A stretch of 64,000 nucleotides of DNA from the human T2T-CHM13v2.0 reference genome, Homo sapiens (GCF_009914755.1 NC_060928.1), one strand, 5' to 3'; shown: positions 25,014 through 38,714, counted from the stretch's first letter. Notes: generated by a model not told the origin, from the letters alone. Numbers and translations are program-made.

Positions 25014-25336
25014 TGTAGGATTTCCATTTGATTCTATTAGAGCCTATCTCTCTGCTGAAATTTCCTATCTGGTCATGCATGTTGTCCACCTTTTTAATAG
25101 AGCCTTCACTGTATTAATCATGATTCTTTAAAATATCCTGTGTTTTGATTCCAGCATATGGATTATATCTGCATCTAGTTCAGTGATTAATTTATGTCCT
25201 AATAGTGGGTGTTATTTTCTTGCTTTTTTATGTGTCTTATAACATTTGAATGAAAGACAGACACTATGTAAGGACAGCAGAGACTGAGGTAAATAGTATT
25301 AATGTGTGGAAACAGGCATGCCTCTCCTGCTGCTAG

Positions 25337-25533
25337 TTTTTTTTTAGATTATATTTTATTTTAAGTTCCAGGAAACGTGCAGGATGTGCAGGTTGGTTAC
25401 ATAGGTAAACGTGTGCTATGCAGGTTTGCTGCACCTATCAACCCATCACCTAGGTATTAGGCCCCATATGCATTAGCTATTTATCCCGATGCTTTCCTTC
25501 CCCCTTCCCCCACCCCACAGGCCCCAGTGTGTG
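25337..25533 (-). mobile_element. L1PA (PA8-13-like) short 3' end
   Basis: ttttaagttccagg...gtgcaggatgtgcaggtt...acataggtaaacgtgtg...acaggccccagtgtgtg. Confidence 0.9.
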
Positions 25534-26450
25534 TTTTTATTGGAGATGGGCTGTTAAATCAATCCAGTCAACAGTCAATCTTGATTTACACTGCTGTTGC
25601 TTGTTACACTCAGTGCACCACAGGTTTCCAATCTTCTAGTGAAATCTTATGCTTAGGTTAGGTGTTGGGTCACTAAAGAGAATTTGTAACTTTTCTCAAT
25701 ACTAGATTTTCCTGTGAGCCTGTGCCTCAGTGAGTATATTTTTTATACCGTTGCTTCTCTCTCAATGGTAGAATGCCATTACTTGTTATTCACACCACTT
25801 ACTAGTCTGCTTGTGGGTGTGTGGGGAGTTGTTGCCGGGGGACAGGTTGTGGACAGTTCTTAGGCTTAGGCAGGCAGTGTGTCCCTGGATTGGGGATCTG
25901 GCTTTCTTGGTGATCCTACTCATCCTCCTCATGGCAGTCAAACTTTGTCTTAAATGTTTGGCAGGTCTCATGCTTGGGGGAGATTTTACCCCTTTTGGAA
26001 TGGTTGATTTTTTTCTTTTACCTTTTACACAGTTTCATTGAGTTTTCACCTGTTTCCTGAGAAACTATAGCAAAGCTATTAAGCTTTGCTTCCCCTTCCA
26101 TAGTGCCTTAAAGCTTTTGTTCAATAAGCTATGTAGGGAAGAAAAATCTGGGCAAGGGTTTACCCCTTTCTCACAACAGAAATTGCTCCTCTTCTCAGGC
26201 CTGCACCACTGAGAGAAGTTTTCTCTGATCTTTCATTCTGCCTCCAGTCTTCGTTGTAAACACATGGTGAGGTCTGTGAAAGATAGCCTGCAAGTTGGGT
26301 GGAAATTGCCTTTGTGCCTGTGAATCCCAGTAGTTCTCTACTCTTATGAGTGTACTCTTACACCATATACTATCATGCAAGCTCTATACTCATGCAAGCT
26401 CATACTTGGATTAGGCAATTTATTTTAAAAATTAAAATTTCCTTACCTGC

Positions 26451-26745
26451 AGCGGGGCACGGTGGCTCACACCTGTGATCCCAGCACTTTGACAGGCTGA
26501 GGCAGGTTGATTGTTTGAGGCCAGGAGTTCGGGATCAGCCTGGCCAACATGGTGAAACCCTATCTCTACTAAAAATACAAAAATTATCTGGGCATGGTGG
26601 TGCATGTCTGTAATCTCAGGTACTCAGGAGGCTGAGGCAGAAGAATCACTTGATAGGAGATGAAGGTTGCAGTGAGCTGAAATTGCACCACTGCACTCCA
26701 GCCTGGACGACAGAGTGAGACCCTGTCTCAAACAAACAAACAAAA
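26451..26745 (+). mobile_element. Alu (AluS/J) with TSD
   Basis: Dimeric Alu, (CAAA)n tail, TSD aaaatttc(c)ttacct. Confidence 0.95.
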
Positions 26746-27979
26746 ATTTCTTACCTACTTTCATCAGGACCTCAATCTCCTTTCATGCTCTACTCCAGCT
26801 GCATCAGTACACATGTGCCTCTTTGTCCTTGGAGGAGCCTGTCTTTCCTTACATTTCAGGCTATGAGATCTACCTGCAATCCCAGCCCTCGATGTGGTTA
26901 AGAGGAGTGATGATTTTGTCCATTACAGCTTCTTTTTTTCTTGTTGAGAAGGAATTAATGCTCTTTCCAGACATCTACATCCTAAGCAAAGACTGGAAAT
27001 CTAATATATAAAAATCAAACTACCTCTGTTAATGATATATGTGTTTTTTTTCTAATTAATTCTTGTTTTGTTGTTACTGTTGTGTGAGTGCTTGCATGCT
27101 TATGTTCTCTTTCTTGCAATGTATGTATTTACCTTCTTTTGTGACATAGAACATATGAATTTTGTTTTTAATTTCTCTAGTGAATCTGTTTAAGTTGATT
27201 TAACATGTACTTAAATTAATATACCTTAATTATGAAAAACAATACTACAACAATCTGTTTTTCTTTGTGCATGAAAATTAAGGCACCCCTTTACTTCCTC
27301 TTCATATATTCTCTTCCAAAACTATCATAAGAGAAAATATTAGTTAATAGAAAATATATATATATATAGTCATCCAAAATATTATTTTTAGGCCTAGCTT
27401 CATATATGTAATTGCTTCCAACTTCTCTTCCAATCATTTTATACTTTTATATTCTCTATTCTTCAGTTCTGTATTTTTATTCATCTCATAGTCATCTCAG
27501 TTAAATTCTCTTGCCAAAGAGTAAGAAAAATATATATATGTGTGTTGTATTCATTGTAGTTTGAGAATGTTTTCCTATTGCTTTTTCTCATGAATAACAA
27601 TTTGGCATTCTTAGTTTTTTCTTTCTAAAAATCTGAAGACATATATACATTTTCAACTGACATCTGCTGCTAAGGAGAAAAATACTAAAGCTACGTTTTC
27701 ATAAAAATCTGAAACTAGTGCTATTTTTATTTGTTTGTAGGTAATCTGTTTTTGTGCTTAGACACATGTGGAAAAATTTTTATAACTTTGGAATTAAAAA
27801 ATAATCACAAGGTTAGGTCTAAAAATAGGCTTTTTTAAAAAAATCAATTTTGCCTGTGACTTAGTGAGCTCTTTTAATATATAAACTATCATACTTGGGT
27901 TAGAAAATTTTTCTTCCATTATTTCTTTGAGTATTGAATCTATTTTCATTGACCTATTATTTTTTTCTGAAAAATCTTA

Positions 27980-28292
27980 TTTTGTTTTTAAATTATATTT
28001 AGAGACAAGAGTCTTGCTCTGTCACTCAGAGTAGAGTGCAGTGGTGTAATCATAGCTCACCGTAACGTTCAACTCCTGGGCTCAAGCAATCCTCCCACCT
28101 CAGCCTCTAAAATAACTGGGACTACCACCCAGTCAAATGCCACCACATTTGACTAATTTTTATAAATGTTTTGTAGAGATAGGGTTTTGATATGTTGCCC
28201 AAACTAGTCTTGAATTTGGGGCCTCGAGTGATCCTCCCACCTCAACCTCCCAAAGCCATGGGATTCCAGGTGTGAGCCACTGTACCTAACCC
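27980..28292 (-). mobile_element. AluJ inserted in old L1ME sequence
   Basis: aatcatagctcac, aactcctgggctcaagcaatcctcccacctcagcc (J-type); TSD ttctg(a/g)aaaatctta. Confidence 0.92.
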
Positions 28293-29288
28293 TCTTCTGG
28301 AAAATCTTAAGGCCTTAGATTGCATTCCTGTCTTTATAGGTCATATTTCTCATTATTCTCTTCTTTTTGACCTTTTCTTTGCAACTTGAGAGTTTTAAAA
28401 GTTCACTTATTGTGTAACTTATTCATTAGTCCTGATATATCATTTGCATTCTTTACTACTCCCAACTGTTATTTTTATTCTGCAGTAGAAGTTTGTCTTT
28501 ATTCTTTTTTGTTTTCTTTTCTCATATTATCTCATCTTTTATATCATTACCTTCCTTTCAGCCTATTCTCTTTGTTGGTTCTCTACTGATGTTTCACCTA
28601 GATTTTCATTGTTTAAAGGCATTCATCAGATTATATTGCAACATTTTTATTGAATGCAGCCAGAATTTATGTGAGGTATGTACTACCTCTGAGACTTGAG
28701 GGTGATATTCTGATTTGTTTAGGGTGCAATGAGTTTTTGTGTTTGTTTATGTTTCTATAAACCATCCAGGCCCAATCTTTATTTTTGTCAATAGTTAAAG
28801 AAAGTGAAGCATCTTTTGCCTCCTCTACAATCCATTTAGTTAAGTTCAGTTTTTCTTTCTCAGACCTAGAGTTAAAGATCAAATAGATATGTTCAGCATT
28901 TAATCAAATTTACCATGCATAGTAGGTATTCCATGTATAGGTTTTTGACAGAGATTTACTAAAGTTATTTGGTCTAATTATGACAGAGCATTTATTCCAG
29001 ACACTGTCTTGTTTATACTACTTATCACTCAGTGACTAAATCTTCCAAAACAAAAATTATTGTCATCTCACCCTCTCTACTTCCATAACCTTACGGTGGT
29101 TTCTGCTTTGAGTAGTAGTCTCTGGATATTTGTGAAAGAGTGTAACTGAGAAGGCAGCAGGTAGTGAATAAGAGAACAAAGTCTCTGGATACTAATAAAG
29201 ATAGTTCTCATATAGTTCAGGATAGCTTGCTGCTTACTTGGCCATAAAGCTCTTACAGCCTAAAGTTAGGCATAATCAAAGGAAATAT

Positions 29289-30359
29289 TGTTGCGGGAAG
29301 TCAGGGACCCCAAATGGAGGGACTGGCTGAAGCCATGGCAGAAGAACATGGATTGTGAAGATTTCATGGACATTTATTAGTTCCCCAAATTAATACTTTT
29401 ATAATTTCTTATGCCTGTCTTTACTGCAATCTCTAAACATAAATTGTAAAGATTTCATGGACACTAACCACTTCCCCAATCAATACCCTTGTGATTTCCT
29501 ATGCCTGTCTTTACTTTAATCTCTTAATCCTGTCAGCTGAGGAGGATGTATATTGCCTCAGGACCCTGTAATAATTGCATTAACTGCACAAACTGTACAG
29601 CATGTGTGTTTGAGCAATATGAAATGTGGGCACCTTAAAAAAAGAACAGGATAACAGCAATTGTTCAGGGAATAAGAGAGATAACCTTAAACTCTGACTG
29701 CCTGTGAGCCGGGTGGAACAGAGCCATATTTCTCTTCTTTGAAAAGCAAATGGGAGAAATAATGCTGAATTCTTTTTCTCAGCATGGAACATCCCTGAGA
29801 AAGAGAATGCGCACCTGGGGATAGGTCTCTAAACTGGCACCCCTGGGCATGGTCATCTCTTATGGTCGAGACTGCAGAGGTGAGATAGACTCCAGTCTCC
29901 TATAGCACTCCCAGGCTTATTAGGAAGAGGAAATTCCCGCCTAATAAATTTTGGTCGCACTGGTTGATCTCTCAAAACCCTGTCTCCTGATAAGATGTTG
30001 TCAATGACAATGGTGCCTGAAACTTCATTAGCAATTTTAATTTCACCTGGGTCCTGTGGTCTTGTGATCTTGCCCTGCCTCCGCTTGCCTTGTGATAGTC
30101 TATTACCTTGTAAAGTACTTGATGTCTCTGACCCACACCTATTCACACACTCCCTCCCCTTTTGAAAATCCCTAATAAAAACTTACTGGTTTTTGTGGCT
30201 TGTGGGGCATCATAGAACCTACCGACATGTGATGTCTACCCCGGACGCCCGGCTTTAAAATTTCTCTCTTTTGTACTCTGTCCCTTTATTTCTCAAGCTG
30301 GCCGACGCTTAAGGAAAATAGAAAAGAACCTACATGAATATCGGGGCAATTCCCCGATA
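29289..30359 (+). mobile_element. MER11 (MER11C-like, HERV-K11/HML-8) solo LTR
   Basis: Starts tgttgcgggaagtcagggacccc...gaagccatggcagaagaac; 1071 bp; perfect 6-bp TSD AAATAT (29283-29288, 30360-30365). Confidence 0.93.
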
Positions 30360-31099
30360 AAATATATTATATAGGGAGACTCAAAGCATATTTCTACCTT
30401 CCCTGTACTAATTTGAAAAAGAATATATATGGTTGATAAATATATATATATATTTAGAATAAGTATTAAGCCCCAATGTTATGCATACTCAAAGGAATTA
30501 TACAACATAAAGAGAATCAAAGTATATTTCTACTTTCCTTGGACTAATTCGTCCTGTTCTGGTTGTAAGTATGGGATATGAAATACATAGATGAAATGTA
30601 TGCTTTTGAATCTATCCCCAATCTCAATTTAGTTGTTTCAAATTATTTGAGAATTTCTCATTTATCTTTCTCTAACTTGAATTATGGAGCCTGTGGCTTT
30701 ATTTTTTTTTTTTTAAGTTTTTTTTTTTTTTGGTCAGTTGTTGAAATTTTTAAACAGATATTTGGAGGAGGTGTATCAGAGCCAGCTAGTTTTAAGTCTC
30801 AGACTGGTCACTCTTAAAATAATCCCACCCAGTCATGCCATCATCAAATTTAGTTGCCTCTCTCCTTGGCTTAAATTTAATACATTTTTTCCCCAATCTA
30901 TTGGACTCTTTAGAAATGTTTTAAACAAAAATGACTAATTTATTTTTTAAATGTAATTAATTTTGTTGATTGAATAAGAATGTTTAAAAATGAAACATTA
31001 TTGTGAAAATTACCACATCCTTGGTTTAAAATAGCCTGAGAAAGGAAAGCACAGCCATAAGAAATAAATATACGAATAGGTTAATACAGAGGAAATTGT

Positions 31100-31400
31100 G
31101 CCAGACAAAGCTGGTTGCTTTTTTGATAGCTTTACAGCCTTAGTAAATGAACAGAGTGGAGTAGACATAATGCATCTTGACTTCTAGCAAAGTACTGGAG
31201 ACAATGTCGTGTGAAATTTTGATTGCAAAATTAATTTGAGTTGGCTTGAAAAACACTGTTAAAGGAAATATAAGCTGGTTGAAAAGACATACAGAGAAGA
31301 GTGTTGATTAATGTCAGTGAACTAATGAGTTGAGTGATATCTCCAGTTAAATGTCACGATTGTGAGTGTTGGATTGAATTATTTTTGTTATCTGTTGAAA
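31100..31400 (+). mobile_element. CR1/L3 reverse-transcriptase remnant
   Basis: Degenerate translation FFDSFTALVNEQSGVDIMHLDF*...; compare CR1 RT FFDxVTxLVDxGxxVDxxYLDFSKAFD...QRVVING. Confidence 0.7.
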
Positions 31401-31920
31401 AAATAAATAACATAGGGTTGATTAAATTAGAGCAGAAAATTTATCAGGAGACACCAGTGATTACAGAAAATCTATATAAAGACATGAATTCATTTCAGAG
31501 AAAAACCAGTGAAACAATATAATTTTACTTAAAGAGTCCATTTTTTTAATCACAAAATGGAATTCTATGAAGTATCAATGCTTAAAGACCTTCAAACTAC
31601 AGAATTTCTCAAAACTAACTGGAAAACAAAATTAACTATCTCAGTAAGGCTAGAACATCATTTTAATCCAGTTAGTAGCTACATTTTATCCCAACCAATA
31701 AAGTGACAGTTAATTCTTACCTAGAGGATGTGGTTAAATGTATAATTATTATTTACCAGAAATAAAAAAAGTATCTAGAAAATCAGTAACCTCTAGAAAC
31801 TCTTGGGCACAGGAGAGGGAGAAAACTATGGAAGGGGAAGTAATTATGTTCTTAACTATGTTACATTCTTAAGTTACATTCTTAACTATGGGGATATAGT
31901 AAGACTCTAAATAACTAAAG

Positions 31921-32125
31921 TTTTTTTTTTATTATACTTTAAGTTTTAGGGTACATGTGCACAACATGCAGGTTTGTTACATATGTATACATGTGCTATG
32001 TTGGTGTACTGCACCCATTAACTCATCATTTACATTAGATATATGTCCTAATGCTATCTCTCCCCACTCCCACCTCTCCCCACAACAGGCCCCGGTGTGT
32101 GATGTTCCCCTTCCTGTGTCCATGT
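31921..32125 (-). mobile_element. L1PA (PA3-7-like) short 3' end
   Basis: attatactttaagttttagggtacatgtgcacaacatgcaggtttgttacatatgtatacatgtg. Confidence 0.93.
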
Positions 32126-32534
32126 TATTTTTGAAATATCCAGATTAAATGTAGTTAAGTAAAACAATAAACTTTTTCAATGTAGGTTTTTTAATGCTAA
32201 TGAAAAGCTAGTCAGCATGGGGTAAATTAGATTAAATTAGATTAGGTAAATTGGAATAAGAATCAAATGATCACAATCATAAAATGGGATTAGTCTTACT
32301 ATAAGTCACACCTGCAAAAGGAAGAAGATAACCTGGAAAAATTTAAAGAGTCTTCCACTTTACGAAGTCGTAGTGAGTTGGCAAGTTTTAATAATTTAAA
32401 AGAAAACGTTGATTTCATCTAAAAAGAGAGAGAGAAAGTTTTAGTTATTGATTCAACATGTATTTATTGAATACCTTAAATGTGCACTATTTTTGGTTTT
32501 GTGAGCAGTCCCAAACGATTAAAACAGAGTGACT

Positions 32535-32976
32535 TGTTCCCTGACTATCTTAAATTATCGCAAACTGATTGGCTTAAAACAACGGAAATTTATTCTCTCA
32601 CAGTTTTGGAGGCCAAAAGTTCACAAGCAAGGTATCAGCAGGGCTGCACTCCCCCTAAAGGCTTTGGGGGAGAATGATTTTGAGCGTTTCAGCTTCTGTT
32701 AGCTGTCAGCATTCTTTGATTTGTGGCAACATCACTCCAATCTCTGCCTCCATGGCCATGTTGCCTCCTCTTCTGTCTGACAAATCTCCCTCTACCATAG
32801 TCTTAAACAAACAGTTGTCATTGGGTTTAGTGCATATTCATGTAATCTAGAACACTCTCCCCTCTCAATACTTAACATAATTATATCTGCAAAGATCCTT
32901 TTTCCAAATAAAGCAACGTTTGTTTCCAAATTTTAGGATTTAATATCTCTGGGTGACCATGATTTAACCTACTACA
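32535..32976 (-). mobile_element. MLT1B/C/D-like LTR
   Basis: ggcttaaaacaacggaaatttattctctcacagttttggaggcca...atctgcaaagatcctttttccaaataa. Confidence 0.8.
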
Positions 32977-33007
32977 AAAGCATTTTCTAACAAGCAGCTT
33001 AAAATAG

Positions 33008-33303
33008 GTTTCTTTTTTCTTTGAGACAGGGTCTTGCTCTGTTGTCAAGGCTGGAGTGCAGTGGACAGTCATGGCTCACTGCAGCATCACACTCCCAGTT
33101 TCAAGCGATCTTTCCACCTCAGCCTCCCAAGTAGTTTAGAGGACAGGTGCATGCCACCACACACAGCTAATATTTCATTTTTTTGTAGAGACAGGGTCTC
33201 TCTGTGTTGACCAGGCTGGTCTAAAACTCCTGAGATCTAGCAATCCTCCTGCCTTGGCCTCCCAAACTGCTGGGATTACAGGTATAAGCCACTGTGCCAG
33301 GCT
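33008..33303 (-). mobile_element. AluJ
   Basis: gagacagggtcttgctctg...tcatggctcactgcagc; TSD aaaat(t)aggtttct. Confidence 0.93.
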
Positions 33304-33877
33304 CAAAATTAGGTTTCTATTGCTGCATTAATATATACACAGAGCCATCTCTTTCTCTTCTAATTATTTTACAAATATAAAGAGCATCTGTAACACAATG
33401 AAGCTGTTTTCCACTTTAGGAAAAGACAGTTTTGAAAATGTGATTAATTATTTGTTGCAGGTTAGGCTTCATACAGTCATATTCCCAGTGCACATTGTCC
33501 TCAAGATCTCCCCAGTTTGGCACTGAAGCCTTATTGACTCTGTCTCTGAAAGAGGCCTTAAATGATCCCCCTTCCTTCTAATCCTCACTGAAATTCCCTT
33601 AGGTTAAGCCCAATTTATCCAAGGGCTATGGTCTTCTACTTGATGTTCTGTTTTTAATCCTTGATGCTATCCTTCTCCTTCCATACAAACAGTAGATACA
33701 CATATTTTCAAAACACAGACTTTCTTGTGTTCTCTACTTAAAAATCTGTCTAGCTTTCAGATACATAAAGGAAAAGCAACCTGGTTTTAAGAGCATGCAA
33801 TGCTTCTTCTTAAATTTCCGATCCCTGTCCTTGTCTGCAGATTTATCACTTAACATTCCTCTCCTTGCTTCATAATA

Positions 33878-34030
33878 CTACACACACAGACATACACACA
33901 CACAAACACACACAAACACACACACACAAACACACACAAACACGCACACACAGGCACACACACACACGCACACACAAACACGCACACAGAGACACACACA
34001 CACACGCACACACACACACACGCACACACA
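33878..34030. repeat. Compound (CA)n low-complexity tract within L2 remnants (approx. 33560-34425)
   Basis: Directly visible; source of the HT-rich pseudo-ORF 33865-34149. Confidence 0.9.
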
Positions 34031-35251
34031 GTTCCTTGATATTGCAGTCACACAGAATTGTTCACTGTTTCTTGAAAATAATCATAAACTGCATTTGCTC
34101 ATGTTATTTTTTGAGATCAGAGTGTTCTTCCCTCTTTTTTCTGCTTTAAGGTTTTCTTTTTTTTTGCACAGCTATTAAAACTTGGCCAACTATTATATTT
34201 TCTCTATAGTTTTCCCTGATCCTTACACATCTTCATAGCTCCTTACATGTAACTCTATTACTGTGTGCATCATATGCGATCGTGTTTATTTTCCCTGTGT
34301 GATTTGTTTTTTAGACTATGACCACCTTGAAGACAGAACTGGGTCTTATCTATCTTTACATCTCCTAGTTGTTTGCATGGTTCTTGACACATAGCAAATG
34401 CTCATAAACTTCTGATGAACTAAATTACTGTAAATTAAAGTCATTGATACATTTAAATGGCACGATTTACCTATATCTGTTTTATAATCATAGTTAACAA
34501 ATTAAGCAAAATACTTCTAGGACCAGGAACTCAATATGGAGACACTCCATTGTAAGAGAGAAAGATGCATTGAATCGTTTATTCAGAAAGAACTTATTAT
34601 GTCACTGTAGGCACTGCACAAAGGCTAAAAATCCCAAAATAGAATTGTTAAAAAATTAGGGTTTAAGATTAAAGGCAAAGGAAATCATATTTGTTGAGAC
34701 TATTAGGGTTGCTTGAAGTAAACTAATGCCAAGTTTAAGTAAAAAGATTCCTGCTATATGATATAATTGTTAAGCCTAAGAGACCAGCAGGCACCAGGTA
34801 CAGTTACATTCAGATGCTCAAGCAATGCCATTAGGGAACTGCCCATGTTTAGCCATTACTGTGTTCTGTTATTCCTTTTTTTTTTGTTTTGTTTTCCCTC
34901 TCAGGCAGATTCTACTCATGTGGTAACAAGACTATTATTCTAGATACTGTACTCATATTTAACAGTCTCAGGGAAAGAGTGAAGCCTTTTACTCAATCGT
35001 TCCAGAAAATATCTAATGGATGAAGGGAAGGCTCTAACTGGCCTTCGTTGGACCACTTACATTTCTTTGAACCAATTACTCTGGTCAGAAGATGAACATG
35101 TCTGATCTTTCAGGATTAGATTCACATGCAAAATAATGTTACAATTCAAACTAGGAAAAATAAATTATATATTTTTAAGAGACTGGATGAAAATACTCCA
35201 TACATCACATGTGCTTTTCTTTTTCTGTATATTGGTATATACATAATCACT

Positions 35252-35560
35252 ATTTCTTTTTTTTTTTTTTTTTTTTTTTGGAGATGGAGTCTTGCTGTGT
35301 TGCCCAGGCTGGAGCGCAGTGGCATGATCTTGGCTCACTGCAACTTCCGCCTCCAAGGTTCAAGTGATTCTTCTGCCTCAGCCTCCTGAGTAGCTGGGAT
35401 TACAGGCACCCACCACCACACCCGGCTAATTTTTGTATTCTTAGTAGAGACGGGGTTTTACCATGTTGGCCAGGCTGGTCTCAAACTCTTGACCTCATGA
35501 TCTGCCAGCCTCGGCCTCCCAAAGTGCTGGGATTACAGGCGTGAGCCACTGCCCCTGACC
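35252..35560 (-). mobile_element. AluS (Sc/Sg-like)
   Basis: Long poly-T, gacctcatgatc short form; TSD cactatttcttt. Confidence 0.95.
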
Positions 35561-38500
35561 CACCACTATTTCTTTTGTAATTAAAAAGTACATATACACT
35601 TTATATTTTGATGTAGATGTAAGAATAGCCTCTGCTTCAAAGACCTCATTATAATAGTATTAAAGACACACAAGTAAACAAAGGTAACAATAAAATAGTA
35701 ATACATATCAAATATTAAGTATCTCAGGAATAATTATTCCTTCTAAGGAATGGCAAAGAAATTTTTCACACCACAAAGTTAATTTTGAATTGGGTCTTCA
35801 AGGAACATAACAATTTGAAAAGACAGAGAGGACTTTCCAGGAAAATGTAACTACATATGCACAAATGACAGTAGGGATTATAGTAATACACTTTTATTAT
35901 TATTCTACCTCTTCACTCTATTCAATTTCCCTGACTACTACAATGTCCCCATGTTGGTTTCTCCTTTCTTGTATTCCAAGATATTGTGTCCTGCTTTTGC
36001 TTATTATTCTCTACCCCTTAAGCTTCTCATTGCTTCCTCCTTCTTTTCTCTTTTTTCTGGGCCTCCCTCTTTGTTTTTACGATCCCTGGGAGGACTCATT
36101 TAATTGACTCCTAAATGGTTTCTGTGTCTCTAGTGTCTTGTAGACATTAGAGGCACAGAAACCATTTTTCACTGTCTATTTTCCACTCGGCATCCAAACT
36201 AATTTTCCATAAACATTGCTTCCATCATGGATATGTGCTTTAATAGCATTGGAATCAGACAGATCTTAAGCACAATACAATAGTATATATACCAGATACC
36301 AGTTATATGACTGTGAGAAGATAGTAACTTCTGAGAGTCTCACTACTAATGCCCAACTTGTAAGATAATTATGAAAATATGTACAACATATGTATCACTC
36401 TCAGCAGTGCTAGCCACTAGATAGATGTGCAATATATAAGTAGATAATACTTTTGTGGGTATCTATATTACTCCTTTGCCCATAACCAACAGTGAACCAT
36501 CATGTTCCTTTTTAAGCTTGGTGGTGGATACAGGTGTTCACTTTAAAAGTCTCAGTCTCAGATTTCAAGTCTTCAACCCATCTCCTAAGCTGTCAGAGGC
36601 CTTTACAATCTTTACCTACCTCCTTTATTCAGTCTTATTTCCTATCATTTCCCCACAGGAACTATTTGCTGGCCCTTTAATTTCTCCCTTACCTCAGAAC
36701 TTGCTAATATTTATCACTCTTAAATATATGTTTTTGCTTGTGCTGTTCCTCAAACTAGAATTTTTCTGCCATCTTTTGTTATCCTCTCTCTTCTTTTAGT
36801 TTAAATACCTTCTGTTCTCTAAGTTTTTTTTTTCCAGGACAACCTAGAAAAAAATATCTCTTTAGTTTCTACAGTGGCAGAAGGTAATGTGATTTACCAA
36901 TTTAATTACTTCATATTACAATATAGTGACCATTTATATCAGTGTATAGTACAAATATGTATACTGTGGTCTTACTACTGATTATCTTATTCTTATTTAT
37001 TGCCTCTCCAACAAGATGTTATCACCCATAGACAAGAATCATATTTTATATATCTTTATAACCCAAAGTGCCTTTTTAAAATTAATGTATCATGTTTGTT
37101 TTCCTGGAACAGGAACTGAAATAGAGAGTATGAATTCATTTGTAACTGAATCTTTGCTGTAATAGTTATCCCCAGCATCCTTGCTAATACAGAGAATGAA
37201 GCCTTAATACCTAAAGCAGCCACTGTATGTGATTAATTAACTTCTCTCCTATGCATCTTGACAGGTAGTGGCTATGTGCCATTCTTGGGAGAACTGGGAA
37301 AATGGTCACTGAAATCATTTTTGTTGTTTCTAGTTCCAATGAGAAATGCCAGCCGGGAAAGGCTGCTACAGTATGTAGCAAGGTGCTTTTGCTGAAATAA
37401 TAAAAGTATTTGCAAGGAAATACTTGAAATAAGTGCTAAATTTCCAAAGATTGATCTACACTACAGAAGGCTTATTAGGGTATATTGATACTAGTATGTG
37501 TTGTCTTAAGTGGTACATTGTAGTTTCCATGCCAATTCTTGGTTTAAAACGCAGCATGCATCTGTTATATGCCACTTTCCACTTAAATGCCTAAGACAGG
37601 TAGATTGCACTGTCAAGTTAGGTCATTATAACTCCAACAGATGTTGTCATGTAGATGAAGAAAATTCATTTTAAATGATATCATTTATAAAATGTGTTTT
37701 TCTTTGTACCTAAAAAAGGCAATAATATGTCATATTAGCTCTTCAGATTCAGGTTGCAATCAGTATGGCATGTTTTGATTAAACACTTCACAATTTCAAA
37801 ATCAGTGCAGGATAATGATGGAGCACATGTGAGGAAACAGCAATAGCAGGGGTGTTTACAGTATCCCAGTTGTTTCAAGCTTAATAACACTTCATGTTAT
37901 CAATCAGTTACAAAGGAATAATTGGTGGATAGGCTGAGGAAATGGTACAGTAAGAAATTGTACTTATTCTAAACTATAGGGATGGAAGTGCAGCCAGGTC
38001 AATACTTATTTGGTTAGTATATTGTAACTAACCATTTGAGTTTTGCCAGCTGGTATCTTATTTTTGCTTATTTGTTTAACCGCTTTTAAATAAGTATATA
38101 ATTTTAACAATTTAAGTCAGTTGAAATCCCCCCCATAGAGCTCTCCTCCAGATGCATCCCTAGCTACATTCTTCTTTCTGGAGATTAACCAGAAATTGGT
38201 GGTTTCATCCTGTTTATATGAATACATTCCTAGAAGATAAAATCATATTGTAGATATTTGTGACAAAATTTTCCTCACAACTATATGAAAGAGAACGAAG
38301 GAAGGTGTGTGGTTAGGAGTTAGCTGTCATTAAAAGTGTGTAAATTTTGCACGTTCCCTACATTTATTTTCCAGTAAATTTTACTAGTTTCTTTCTAATC
38401 AGTTGGGACTAAAGTCAATCGACCTGTCTCTGCTTCTTTCAATTTCATTTCCCAAAAGAATTTTAGTGCTTCTCTATTATTCTTAACTCTGCCTTGCCCC

Positions 38501-38714
38501 AATACATTAATCAATGCTTTGGGTAACAACATTAGATTTGTACAGGGAAGGACCAGGGAATGGCATTCCAAAGCAACACATGGAAAGGGCAAGAGCTGAA
38601 TTTCATAAACCGTAACCTAATCCATCACTGCAGCTTTCCGTTGCCTCTACCCAGACTGCAGCCAAACATACTCTAAGCTGCCACTTTAGAGTATCTTTAC
38701 CCTCCATGGGAGTT

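Larger units (their letters stand above)
24860..27000 (-). mobile_element. Old L1M 5' region (ORF1/5'UTR) hosting (ATT)n, an L1PA and an Alu
   Basis: atctctctgctgaaatttcctatct...catgcatgttgtccacc motifs; (ATT)n at 24981-25013. Confidence 0.55.

Noticed and set aside
33865-34149. His/Thr-rich ORF
   Set aside because: Translation of a (CA)n tract.
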